A stretch of DNA of 62,703 nt, counting the filler. It is 6 parts of 6 records of this genome, joined end to end, with 100 filler letters (N's around TTAATTAATTAA, not from the genome) between each part and the next. Parts side by side here need not be neighbours in the genome. Positions count along the whole stretch, not along the records: positions 6,091 to 13,795 come from SRR20825019_194; positions 13,896 to 31,457 come from SRR20825019_195; 4 more parts are not named here. One strand, given 5' to 3'. The stretch's first letter is position 1, and every line of letters starts with the position of its first letter. Under the pieces are notes generated by a model. That model ran no database searches. It saw only the letters and a program-made list of their open reading frames with translations, and was not told the DNA's origin. Below, piece by piece: positions 9,328 to 19,114 of this stretch. Made by a program: the position numbers and the translations under genes.

Positions 9328-11319
9328 TTAGAAGGTTGTGGACAGGGTCACCTTGAACGTCCGACCCGTCGCGTTGCGGGTGGACAGGCGCGGCTGGTAG
9401 GTCTTGTCAAAGAGGTTCTCGACACCAAAGCGGATGGTGCTGCCGTCCAGCACACCGTTCTGCGGCACATAAGTGGCCCGCAGGTTGTGCACGCCAAAGC
9501 CGGGCGACACGGTGCCACCTTCGTCATAGCGTTTGGCCGCTTCGACCTCCCAGCTCAGGTCCAGCTCGTCGCTGAACTTGCGGCCCAGCGTCAGACGCAG
9601 GTTGTCCTGCGGGTTCTGTGCCCAGTCGCCTTGCGCGCCTCCGTCAAAGGTGGCGGTGCCTTGCGAAATATGGGCGTTTGCATCCAGATAATAACCGTTC
9701 TGCATGGCATAGGCTGCCTCAAGCTCGATCCCCTCGCGGTCAAGCCCCTCGACCGTCGTACCGGGACCGCGACCTTGATAGGTGGTCAGATCGGTCAGAT
9801 GATCGTTGTAGTAGTTGACCTTGAAGGCAAGGCTGTCGCCGGATCGAAACACGTCAACTGCGTCATAAGCCACGCCGATTTCATAGCTGCGTCCCTTTTC
9901 CGACTGGGTGATCAGACCGGTGTCGATGTCGTCGATGATCGGAAGGTTTTCGGTGTAAGAGGCCGAGCCGAACACAGCCCATCCGTTTCCAAATGCATAG
10001 CGCGCCGACACGCCGCCCATCAGCGCGTCCTTGTCATATTCCGCGTTGCCGTTCAGCGGGTCCTGTTTGATCGTCTGGTTTTCATAACGCAGCGCAGGTG
10101 TGATCGTCCAACGGTCGCCGATCTGCATTTCATCAACGGCATAGAACGCCAGCGCCTCTTTGGTCCCGCCGGGAGCCGAGCCTGCGGTGGCATCTGAGCG
10201 TTTGCGCTGGATGAACTCGATACCGGTGCGCAGTTCGTGGTCAATGGTGCCGGTGCTGAACAAGGCTTCGTTCTTCACGCGAAAGGTCGTGGTGCGATAG
10301 CGGTTGTCTGCATCCAGCAACGGGTTCGGGCCAACGATCGCCTCGCTTTCCACCAGCTCGTCCGAATACAGCAATTCAGCCGTGACATTCAGCCACGCAA
10401 CATCGCCGGGATTGTAGTTATAGCGCAGCGTGGCGACTTCGTTTTCGATATACCGGTCGACGTTGCCAAAAGCGGTTGTGCCGAACTGGTCATAGGGCAC
10501 ATCGAACTGTTCCTGCTGGGTCTTGGAATAGCTGAACTCGACAAACTGGTCGTTGCCTGCCCCAAAGGTATAGCGCGCCTTGAGCAGACCTGATGGGTCG
10601 TCGATGTCGCCCGCGTCCGGGTTGATCTGGTTGCCCTCCCCATCTGTGCGCACGCCCAACTGGCGGCGGCTGTAGTTGAACAGCACTTCGAACTGTTCAT
10701 CCGGCTGCCAGGCCAGAGTGGTCGAAGATGCCAACCCGTTGCCGTTGGTGGAAAATTCCAGCGTTTGCCGCCCGGCAAAGCCCAGCGCGCCCTTGGTCAG
10801 GTCGCTGGCGTCGATCGTTTCCAGCCGCACGACACCGCCAAACACGCCCGAGCCGTATTCGAACGACCCGACCGAACCGCGCAGCACTTCGACCTCGCGG
10901 TACAGGAACGGGTCGGTGTAAAGCTGCGAGCCGATGCGGTACAATTCCTCACTGCCCCGTGTCGCGCCGTCGATCTGCACCAGAACCTTGCCATCGGTGC
11001 CATAGGTGCTGTTGGCCCCATAACCGCGAATGTTGATGCCCGAGCCTGCCGCAGTGGTGCCGTTCACCAGCGTCACACCGGGCACGGTGTCGATCAGCTC
11101 GGCGATGGTGCCGGCCTGTCGGTCCTCGATCTCGGCCTGGTCAACTACGGTGACGGGTATGGCGGTGTCGGTCTGCACCGACCGCTTGCCTTCGCCCAGC
11201 ACGATTTCACCAAGGTAATCCTCGGTGGTGTCTTGGGCGAATGCGCCCGATGCGGCGCTGAATGTGATCAGCGCAGCGGTAGAAGCACACAAGCGTGCCC
11301 TTGTGGTTCGGAATGTCAT
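9328..11319 (-). CDS. TonB-dependent heme/hemoprotein receptor (HmuR-like)
   Basis: Signal peptide, TonB-box-like EIVLG, plug motifs (PGV, INIRG, VEVLRG), C-terminal GVENLFDKTY..GRTFKVTLSTTF. ATG 11319 is preceded by AAGGGA. Heme specificity is inferred from the divergent hmuSTU. Confidence 0.88.
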   Translation of the reverse strand: MTFRTTRARLCASTAALITFSAASGAFAQDTTEDYLGEIVLGEGKRSVQTDTAIPVTVVDQAEIEDRQAGTIAELIDTVPGVTLVNGTTAAGSGINIRGYGANSTYGTDGKVLVQIDGATRGSEELYRIGSQLYTDPFLYREVEVLRGSVGSFEYGSGVFGGVVRLETIDASDLTKGALGFAGRQTLEFSTNGNGLASSTTLAWQPDEQFEVLFNYSRRQLGVRTDGEGNQINPDAGDIDDPSGLLKARYTFGAGNDQFVEFSYSKTQQEQFDVPYDQFGTTAFGNVDRYIENEVATLRYNYNPGDVAWLNVTAELLYSDELVESEAIVGPNPLLDADNRYRTTTFRVKNEALFSTGTIDHELRTGIEFIQRKRSDATAGSAPGGTKEALAFYAVDEMQIGDRWTITPALRYENQTIKQDPLNGNAEYDKDALMGGVSARYAFGNGWAVFGSASYTENLPIIDDIDTGLITQSEKGRSYEIGVAYDAVDVFRSGDSLAFKVNYYNDHLTDLTTYQGRGPGTTVEGLDREGIELEAAYAMQNGYYLDANAHISQGTATFDGGAQGDWAQNPQDNLRLTLGRKFSDELDLSWEVEAAKRYDEGGTVSPGFGVHNLRATYVPQNGVLDGSTIRFGVENLFDKTYQPRLSTRNATGRTFKVTLSTTF

Positions 11320-11437
11320 GCAGGAGTCCCTTCGCAATGCGTGGCGGTTGCCTTGGGCTTGCGAAAGTGCTGGCTTGGCGTTTGATCTTGATGTCTCGGC
11401 AAGTGGAAAACTTGTCGCTTGCAGTCCCCTATTTAAT

Positions 11438-11454
11438 CAGACTAAAACTGTCAA
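11438..11454. promoter_or_regulatory. Candidate Iron-Rhodo (IscR-type) operator in the divergent receptor/hmuS promoter
   Basis: CAGACTAAAACTGTCAA is an imperfect palindrome matching 13 of 17 positions of the consensus as I recall it (CTGACTrawtyaGTCAG), in an AT-rich patch. Confidence 0.6.
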
Positions 11455-11553
11455 GAATTAAAGGCGAAGGTTTCCAACCCGCCCAGCCACGTCCCCCGCA
11501 ACACGGGCCGCAGCCAGTTCTTCCCATCATACTGAGCAACCCAGAGGGACATC

Positions 11554-12609
11554 ATGGGCCAGACCACACCACCATCCGCAGAGCAGATTCGCACAGCGCG
11601 CATCGAACACGCCAAGTTGCGCGAACGCGACCTTGCCGACAAACTGGGCATCACCGAGGCGCAGCTGATCGCCGCCCACACCGGTCAGCGCGTCACCCAT
11701 ATCGCGCCGCATCCCGACACCATCATGGGCATCGCCAGCCAACTGGGCGAGGTCATGGCGCTGACGCGCAACGTGTCTTGCGTGAACGAAAAAGTCGGCA
11801 GCTATGCCAACTACACCTCTGGCGCACATGCAGCGATGGTGCTGAACGACAAGATCGACCTGCGCCTGTTTCCCAGCCATTGGCGCCACGCCTTCATGGT
11901 GGAAAAGGAAACAGAGACCGGACTGCGTCGCAGCCTTCAGGTATTCGATGCCGCAGGCGACGCGGTGCACAAGATTTTCCTGCGCGATCCCGCTTTCGTG
12001 CCCGCCTGGGATGCCGCCAGGTCCGAGGCTGCCTTGCCCGAGCAGCCGACACATCTGGAATTGGCAGCGCGCGTGCCGACCGAGGCCGCCAAGTCCAACC
12101 CCGAAAAGCTGGACCTGCTGCAATCCGAGTGGGTCAAGATGACCGACACGCACCAGTTCATGCGCCTGACCTCGAAACTGCGGATGAACCGTCTGGGTGC
12201 TTACCGCATTGCCGGCGCGCCTTTCGTGCGACCGCTGGCCACCGGTGCGATTGACCGGATGCTGAACGATGTGCAGGCGGCGGGGATCGAAGTGATGGTC
12301 TTTGTCGGCAACCGTGGCTGTATCCAGATCCACACCGGCCCGATTGAAACACTGAAACCCATTGGCCCCTGGCAGAACGTGATGGACCCCGGTTTCAACC
12401 TGCACCTGCGTCTGGACCACGTGGCCGAGGTCTATGCCGTCGACAAGCCCACCCAGCGCGGCAAGGCCGTGTCGGTCGAGGCTTTTGACGTCGACGGCGG
12501 GTTGATCTTTCAGGTCTTTGGCGTGCGCAAGGACGACTATGACAGCCGCCCCCAATGGCGCGCCATCGTGGACGCCCTGCCCGCGCTCTCGCCGGAGGCC
12601 GTTGCATGA
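11554..12609 (+). CDS. hmuS: Hemin-degrading/trafficking protein HmuS (HemS/ChuS family)
   Basis: Duplicated HemS domains: VMALTRN..EKVG, IDLRLF, FDAAGDAVHKIF, DTHQF, MVFVGNRGCIQIHTG, FNLHL. Confidence 0.95.
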   Translation: MGQTTPPSAEQIRTARIEHAKLRERDLADKLGITEAQLIAAHTGQRVTHIAPHPDTIMGIASQLGEVMALTRNVSCVNEKVGSYANYTSGAHAAMVLNDKIDLRLFPSHWRHAFMVEKETETGLRRSLQVFDAAGDAVHKIFLRDPAFVPAWDAARSEAALPEQPTHLELAARVPTEAAKSNPEKLDLLQSEWVKMTDTHQFMRLTSKLRMNRLGAYRIAGAPFVRPLATGAIDRMLNDVQAAGIEVMVFVGNRGCIQIHTGPIETLKPIGPWQNVMDPGFNLHLRLDHVAEVYAVDKPTQRGKAVSVEAFDVDGGLIFQVFGVRKDDYDSRPQWRAIVDALPALSPEAVA

Positions 12610-13472
12610 GACGCAGAACCCTGATGCGGGCGCTGGCGACAACGGCGGTGGCCTGCGCGCTGCCGCTGGCTGCCTTTGCCGCACCCTATGACACCAGCCG
12701 CGTTGTCGCCATTGGCGGCGCCACGACCGAGATCGTCTATGCACTGGGCGAGCAGAGCCGCCTGGTGGCGCGCGATTCCACCTCGACCTTTCCAGCCGCG
12801 GCAGAAGAGCTGACAGATATCGGCTATATGCGCGCGCTGGCCGCCGAAGGCGTACTGAGCGTGCAGCCGACGCTGATCCTGACCGAACCGGGCGCGGGTC
12901 CACCCGAGACGATTTCGGTGCTCGAAGCTGCATCGGTGCCCATGGTTGTTGTTCCTGCGCCCTTTTCGGCGGAGGGGGTGCAGACCAAGATCACCGCGAT
13001 CGGAGAGGCGCTGGGGGTGCCGGACAAGGCGCAGACGCTACGCGATCAGGTAAAGTCCGACTTTGACACCCTGGCGCTGCAGGTGAACCAATCGGATGGC
13101 GCGCCCAAGCGGGTCCTGTTCGTGCTGAGCACCCAGGGCGGGCGTATCATGGCATCGGGCAGCAAGACGGCGGCAGATGCGATCATCACACTGGCGGGAG
13201 GCATCAACGCCATCGACCAGTTCGAAGGCTACCGCGAACTGACCGCAGAGGCGATTTCGGTCGCGGCACCGGACGTGGTGCTGATGATGGACCGCGAGGG
13301 CGATCACTCCAGCACCGCCGAGGCGCTTTTTGCGATGCCCGAAATGGCCACCACCCCCGCGGCCGAAGCGGGCGCGCTGGTCAAGATGGACGGGCTGCTG
13401 TTGCTGGGCTTTGGTCCGCGCACACCGCAGGCAGCGCAGGCGCTGCATGATGCGTTGCAGGGACAAGGCTGA
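12606..13472 (+). CDS. hmuT: Periplasmic hemin-binding protein HmuT
   Basis: ATG overlaps the hmuS stop; MRRRTL signal, [26 protein letters not shown] (Tyr ligand), LLGFGPRT. Confidence 0.93.
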   Translation: MRRRTLMRALATTAVACALPLAAFAAPYDTSRVVAIGGATTEIVYALGEQSRLVARDSTSTFPAAAEELTDIGYMRALAAEGVLSVQPTLILTEPGAGPPETISVLEAASVPMVVVPAPFSAEGVQTKITAIGEALGVPDKAQTLRDQVKSDFDTLALQVNQSDGAPKRVLFVLSTQGGRIMASGSKTAADAIITLAGGINAIDQFEGYRELTAEAISVAAPDVVLMMDREGDHSSTAEALFAMPEMATTPAAEAGALVKMDGLLLLGFGPRTPQAAQALHDALQGQG

Positions 13473-13795
13473 TGATGGCCAGCGACACCGCTGCCCTGTC
13501 CTTTGTCGACAGGCGCACCACGGCGCGGCGCGCGCACTTATGGCTGGGCCTGCTGCTGGTGTTGGTGTCGCTGGCCAGCCTCGCCGTCGGCGCATCGGGC
13601 ACGTCGTTGTGGGGGGCCTTGTTGAAACTGGCGCAAGGCGAGGCGCTGACCCTGACGGAACGTGTCGTGCTGTGGGACATCCGTGCGCCGCGTCTGGTCA
13701 TGGGCATCTGCGTCGGAGGCGCTTTGGCCGTGTCCGGCGCGGTGATGCAGGGGCTGTTTCGCAATCCGCTGGCCGATCCGGGTATTCTGGGCGTG
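13472..13795 (+). CDS. hmuU: Hemin ABC permease HmuU (FecCD family), 3' truncated
   Basis: [32 protein letters not shown] signature. Confidence 0.93.
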
Positions 13796-13895
13796 NNNNN
13801 NNNNNNNNNNNNNNNNNNNNNNNNNNNNNNNNNNNNNNNTTAATTAATTAANNNNNNNNNNNNNNNNNNNNNNNNNNNNNNNNNNNNNNNNNNNN
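13796..13895. other. Synthetic contig spacer
   Basis: Same 100-bp N/TTAATTAATTAA linker. Confidence 0.99.
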
Positions 13896-13920
13896 GGGGG
13901 GGGGGGGGGGGGGGGGGGGG
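13896..13920 (+). repeat. G25 homopolymer at contig start
   Basis: Run of 25 G; the other end of this contig has a run of equal length. Confidence 0.9.
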
Positions 13921-14641
13921 TGCGAGTGACTGAACACTGCGGCGGCTGTGAGTGGCCTAACTGCACCCTCTCCACGCAGGACGAAGGTGCCTCACTCTAG
14001 CTAGTTGTCAGACTGGGGTCGGGCGGCACTATGCTCCGGCAGGGCAGTCGGGCGCTCAGTGGCAGTGGCGCGTTCCGGCTGGCGTGACCAGCCGCGCAGG
14101 GCCACGACAATCACCACAGTTCCGAGCGGGCGCACTGGGGTTCCGCCGGTGTCGCCCCCTCTCGGCCTCATCAGTGCCCGCAGTACTGAAGTGTGCCCGA
14201 AGCGGCGCCGGATAACGGCATCGCCGGTCCTTCCTGACCTCTGGCAGTGAGCCTCCCCGTCCAAATCGGAATCCTCCGATGCGATCGTTTGGAAATTCTC
14301 CGGCCTTGTGGTCTCACATTTACCGGTTTGAGACCAAATCGATTCTTGAAGAAAAGTCACAGCAACAACACGGGAATCGGAATAATCATCTGAGGCACTG
14401 ATATCTGTCAGGGTTTCAGGACTCTCTACGAGCATCCCCTGAGCGTGTAAGCGAGCCAGCCGGCCTCTCCTACAAACGGACGTGTACCTTACACTGAAAT
14501 ACAAACAGCTGACTCGCAAGACTCTCAACACGCTGCAACCATTGTCACCACAAAAAAACCATTTTAACGCGTCTCCTGTGCAGTTCGCAGTTCGGTCTTC
14601 GGTCAATAACACGCTGTCCGGAAGTCACCCCTGAAACGAGC

Positions 14642-15623
14642 TCATTTTGCACCAAAGCGCTCGGCACGGGCCTTCTTGGCAGCTTCCTCAGCATATGGAT
14701 CGGCTGGACACTCTATAAGCACTTGATCTCTAGAACCAATACTCAAAACAGAAAATCATTTACACCACACAACAAGATATACGTAGGCGCATCTATAACC
14801 AAAAAAAAGAATACTTACGGAGGCCAAAGCGCTCTGCCCTCTTCCTCTTCTTCTCAATCTCCTCTGGTGTTTCCGGGATCAGGGCCTTCTTGTTGCCACC
14901 AGCGCCCTTGAGCGGAATGTTGAATCTTTCAGCACGAGATTTCTTCTTCTCCAAGTCTTCCGCGGACATTCCGCCCTTCCCGGAAGTCTTTGGCTCGATG
15001 CCGAAACGGGCCGCGCGCGCCTTCTTCTGCTCTTCAGGGTCCGGCTTATACTCCAGGCCAAACCTGCCCAAACCAGTTAATCCACCGAAGGCGCCCGCCT
15101 TCTCCCGTTAGACTTACCTTTCAGCGCGCTTCTTCTTGGCCTCCTCCGCTGGCGTCAACGCACTCGTGCCGTTTCCTGCGGCGGCAGGCGCCTCAGCCGC
15201 TGGAGCAGCTGCAGTGGCTCCATTCTGCTTGATCGGTAAGCTTGATGCTACAACACTCCAAAAACACATCTTACGGTCGCAGCAGGCGCCGTAGCGGCTG
15301 CAGGCTCCACAGCAGCGGCGGGTTTCTGCTGGAACAAAATTCAGGACACAAAAACAGAATGCAGAGATAATCCATACAGCTTCGACAGCGGCGGCAGCAG
15401 GCGGCTCAGCTGCAGGCTCTGCTGAACCCTTGGCGATATCCTCCTCAAGTCTGGCGACAAGATCGGCTTTCAATCCCTAAGGATCAATAGTTTAGATCCA
15501 ACTGCTCCGTAAGTGAACAAAGGAATCAATTTCTTCTACCTTGGAGTCCAAGCCGCGTGCCTCACAGGCTGACTTAAGATCCGCAACCTTCATCTTCTTC
15601 ACTTCCTCCACAGTCAAAGTCAT
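14642..15623 (-). CDS. SAP-domain ribonucleoprotein (SARNP/Tho1/MOS11-like), multi-exon
   Basis: ATG 15623, MTLTVEEVKKMKVADLKSACEARGLDSK/GLKADLVARL SAP motif, repeated KKxRAERFG motifs, GT-AG introns, last exon ..KKARAERFGAK-TGA at 14642. Confidence 0.9.
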
Positions 15624-15859
15624 GGCTGAAACGCTATGGTATCACAGAAAATCAGATACGCACAGAACATTCACTTCAATATGGAATGCGTCACCGGTCA
15701 CGAGTGAATATGCACGGGTCTGTGTGTCAACCGAGGACTGCGCAACGCCAGGGATGAAGACCCTGTCCACGTCCACGGCCTTTGCTAGAGCTTCCATACG
15801 TCGTAGCTTCTATCGGTGACGAACTGAAACGACTCAGTGCGCTCGTGTCGGGGTGACCG

Positions 15860-16700
15860 GACCGGCTACTCAGGCGGCCGGTCAGCCTGGCCCGGCCGGC
15901 GCCAGCCCTCGGCCGGAGGCACGGCACGCACTCGCCTCGGGTCGGCCGTAGTCGTGAGTGGCGCACCCGGGGAACTGGACCCGCTCGCCGGCGGCCCAGC
16001 CGGTCCCGGCCGCGGGCCACCGCCGGGACCCGGCAGCCGTCGGCCGGGCCTCGGGGGCGGGCCGGGGGGCCGCGGCACCGTCCGTGACCTGACCCGCCCG
16101 GCCTCGGGCCGGCCGGCGGGGGCGGAGGCCCGGCGGCGCACCAGCAGCGTCCATCCGAATCAACGGGTGCCCGAGTGGCGGCGCGGCGGCCCCCGGGGTG
16201 CGCGTGGTCGATCAAAAGTGAGGGATTTGAGGGTAGCCTGGGGAACAATGAGTCCAAGAAAATATAATTATAATGCGGTTGAAATAATTTTGGGTTGTCG
16301 TCCAATGACGACGCCGGCCCCGCGCACTGGCCGCCGGGGTGTGGCCCGCGGCCCCGCGGCCTGGGCCGCGGCGGGGCCGGGCCGGCCGCTCGCGCCAGGC
16401 TCGCGCCCCCCGGCCCGGCCCCGCGGCCGCCCGGCGCAACTTCACCCCGCCGGCCGGGGGCCGCTGCTTGGGGGTCAGCCCGAGTGATGATGCGCCGCCT
16501 CAGGCGTCGCGCGGGCCGCGGCGCGTCAGGTGGCGCCCCCCCGCGGCGGGCCACCCGACCGGACCGGGCCCCGGCCGGCCGCCGGGGCCGCCGCGCTCCG
16601 TCCGTGGTGAGTGCAGTCACCGGGTCGCGGTGCCCCGCCCCTCGCCAGCAGCGCCATGCAAGGCGCGCCCAGCCCGGCCGCGTTCCCGGCTCCAACCGGC
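15860..16700. promoter_or_regulatory. Paired extreme-GC islands flanking an AT-richer core, between divergent genes
   Basis: GGCC/CCGG-dense blocks at ~15860-16210 and ~16310-16700 around a core at ~16240-16295. Promoter role is inferred from position. Confidence 0.6.
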
Positions 16701-16883
16701 GGGTTTGCCAAACGCGGGGGAGGCTTATTTGTGGCCCAGGCGACCGCCACCCGATCCAGCGGCGGTCTCTCCGACGAAAGGCTAATACGCTGGTCGCTTA
16801 ACAGAAGTCGACTAAACCATATCTATAAGTTGAAGCTGTGCTCATCATCTCCCCTGTAAGGAAGAGTCGCTCGATAGGTTTCG

Positions 16884-18919
16884 ATGGAGCCGAGTGGGGG
16901 CAGGGCGGATGCCGTCGCCAGTGGCGAGGAAGATGCGTTGGACCTTAGCTCTGTGGAGGTCGAGACGCTATGGCACCAGTTCCTAGCTGAAGTTCAACAA
17001 AGCAAGCGGCTGAAAGATGGGGCTGCTGCTATCGCACAGTTCTCGGACGAGGAGTTTCTGGGTAATATTCATGCGATTCATGTCTAGGCTATGGCTAATT
17101 TGGCTTGTAGAACTGTTGGAGGAGTATACGCGAACGCATCCCGATATCGCAAAGGAACAAATTTCGGTGCTTAAGCGTCTACGTGCGGAAACAAAGGGTG
17201 GGTTTCAACTTAGCGGTCTCTTCGAAGTTGCACTCTAACTGCGCGCTCTATGGACAGAGGGACTGTGTAGATTCTTTCAACTTGAGGGCCTTTCGGACAC
17301 GGCGGGGTCGCGGCTTAATAACACCAAACGGATGCTGCTCACGACAATGGACGGTGTATATTTTCGTGATGTCCGTGTGCACTTGGAGGAGGCTTGTGGG
17401 CGGACCGTATTTGGTGTGTTGAAGGTAATGCGCTGAAGAAGGGCCAGCAAGTCGCGCGTTCTGAGTTGTGGCGCCTTAGGTGGATGAAAAGCTTCTGGAA
17501 AGTGGCGTTCCATTGCTCTATCCCGATGAGCCCCTGACAGCAGGAGACTACGTTTGTGTGATCGAACCCGGTATGTGAAGAGGCAACTCATGCGCAGTTT
17601 TGGCTGGGCTAACCCTGACTTGCGCAGACTCGGCCGACGGCGGCTTCCCGGCATACGAAGTCCCTATGCAGTATTGTCCAGTGCACGACCGGATGTGCGC
17701 GCACAACCCGGCCTTCATGCCAGCAAACTCCATCGCCGAATATGTTGGGGAGTTCATCCTTGTGGAGACCTGTGACGCGGAAATTGTTGAGGGTAGGCCG
17801 CTTAGAAAGGGTGTGTAATTTTTGCCACGGTGCTAATGTTCTTTTTTTTTTTGTTCAGTGGAGAAACACCTGGCTCTGGTATTGCCTGTAATACAGAAAG
17901 GATTCGACCCTCGGGACCCGGAGAAGCCCGTTTATCTCCCCAAGGTCAAGGGCGAGTCGTTGGACCTGGTGCTGGATTATATGGAGTTCCATGATGTATC
18001 CGGGCGGAGTGATAAGGAGCGGAAGGCGTATGACGCGCAGTTCGTGAAGCTTTCTACTTCGTCTTTGTGCGAACTTGCTGCGGCGAGTCACTACCTTGAT
18101 GTGAAGCCACTTGTTCACTTGACATGCAAGGCATTGGCCGGCCATTTTGAGGGCAAGACTCCTGAAGAAATTAGGAAGACCTTTAACTTCGCTGATGATA
18201 TGACCGAAGAAGGTGGGCATTTCAATTCTGTTACGCATTCTGTGAGTGTACGTGCTCACATATTATGAACAGAAAAAATCGCACCCATAGACCACCACAC
18301 GGACCACCCGAGAGTCCGCCTGATCAACAAATTGTATGCTCGTAAGCGAGCTCTGCTGGAAGAGAAGGTGAGCTCGTTGTGTCCCGAACGGATAGGGATT
18401 GACTGATGTTTATGATATCAGTCAAAGGGCGATCAGTCCACTGGTGGAGCCAAAATTGAGGATGACCGGCCGGTAGAGGAGTTGTTGATGTTTATTGAAG
18501 AGGATGGTGAAGGAGAGAAGAAAAAGAAGAAGAAAAAGAAGAAGAAGAAATCCAAGGTGTGTCAGCAAAGTCGGACTGGGCCGCGCGTTTGCTAATGCCA
18601 TCATGTGACTTAGGGCAATGAGGGACGTGAGGATGATGCAGGTATCGGCACGAAGGAAGGCGACGTGTCCACGTCCGCAGCAATTTCTCCGGAGAAGGGT
18701 GGGGGTATTCCCACAGCCGAGGCAAACGACGTGAAAGGATCCCTTTTGGGATCCAAACATGAGCTGGCGGATGCGTGTGATGCCGTTGAGTTCGACGACG
18801 AAGTTGATCGGGAGGTGGAGGAATTTGCAAGGCGACTCAGTATGATGCAGCCTATGCCACCTACTTCCCGGCCAAAGGTCAATATCAACCTCGACCAGCT
18901 CGTGAGCAAGAAGTCTTGA
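16884..18919 (+). CDS. SKP1-like protein of the ASK20/ASK21 (type II) class with a long N-terminal extension, multi-exon
   Basis: LCELAAASHYLDVKPLVHLTCKALAGHFEGKTPEEIRKTF SKP1 domain plus type II tail motifs PRVRLINKLYARKR, DDRPVEELLMFI, poly-K, VDREVEEFARRL. 5' exon boundaries are less certain. Confidence 0.88.
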
Positions 18920-19114
18920 AGCGGTGCCATCGAGATGTGAGCTTTACTCGGGTCTCATGGAAGGGCAGATCGGCATGACCTCCGGTGTCGGCGGAGGGGC
19001 CCACTGTCAGTGCCCGACGGACGCGGTCACCTTGTGCTAGAAAGCCCATAAAACACGTGCAAATGTCCTGTAAAAAGTGGTGCCTTTATATTGACGGCAA
19101 TTCTTCGCCTTCGC

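Noticed and set aside
14001..14612. 203-aa minus ORF downstream of the SAP gene
   Set aside because: No ATG start, no motifs and no intron pattern; likely non-coding.
15727..16801. R/P/G/A-rich ORFs in the GC islands (also near 22300, 29900, 39500, 46300)
   Set aside because: Open in several frames simply because stop codons are rare at extreme GC.
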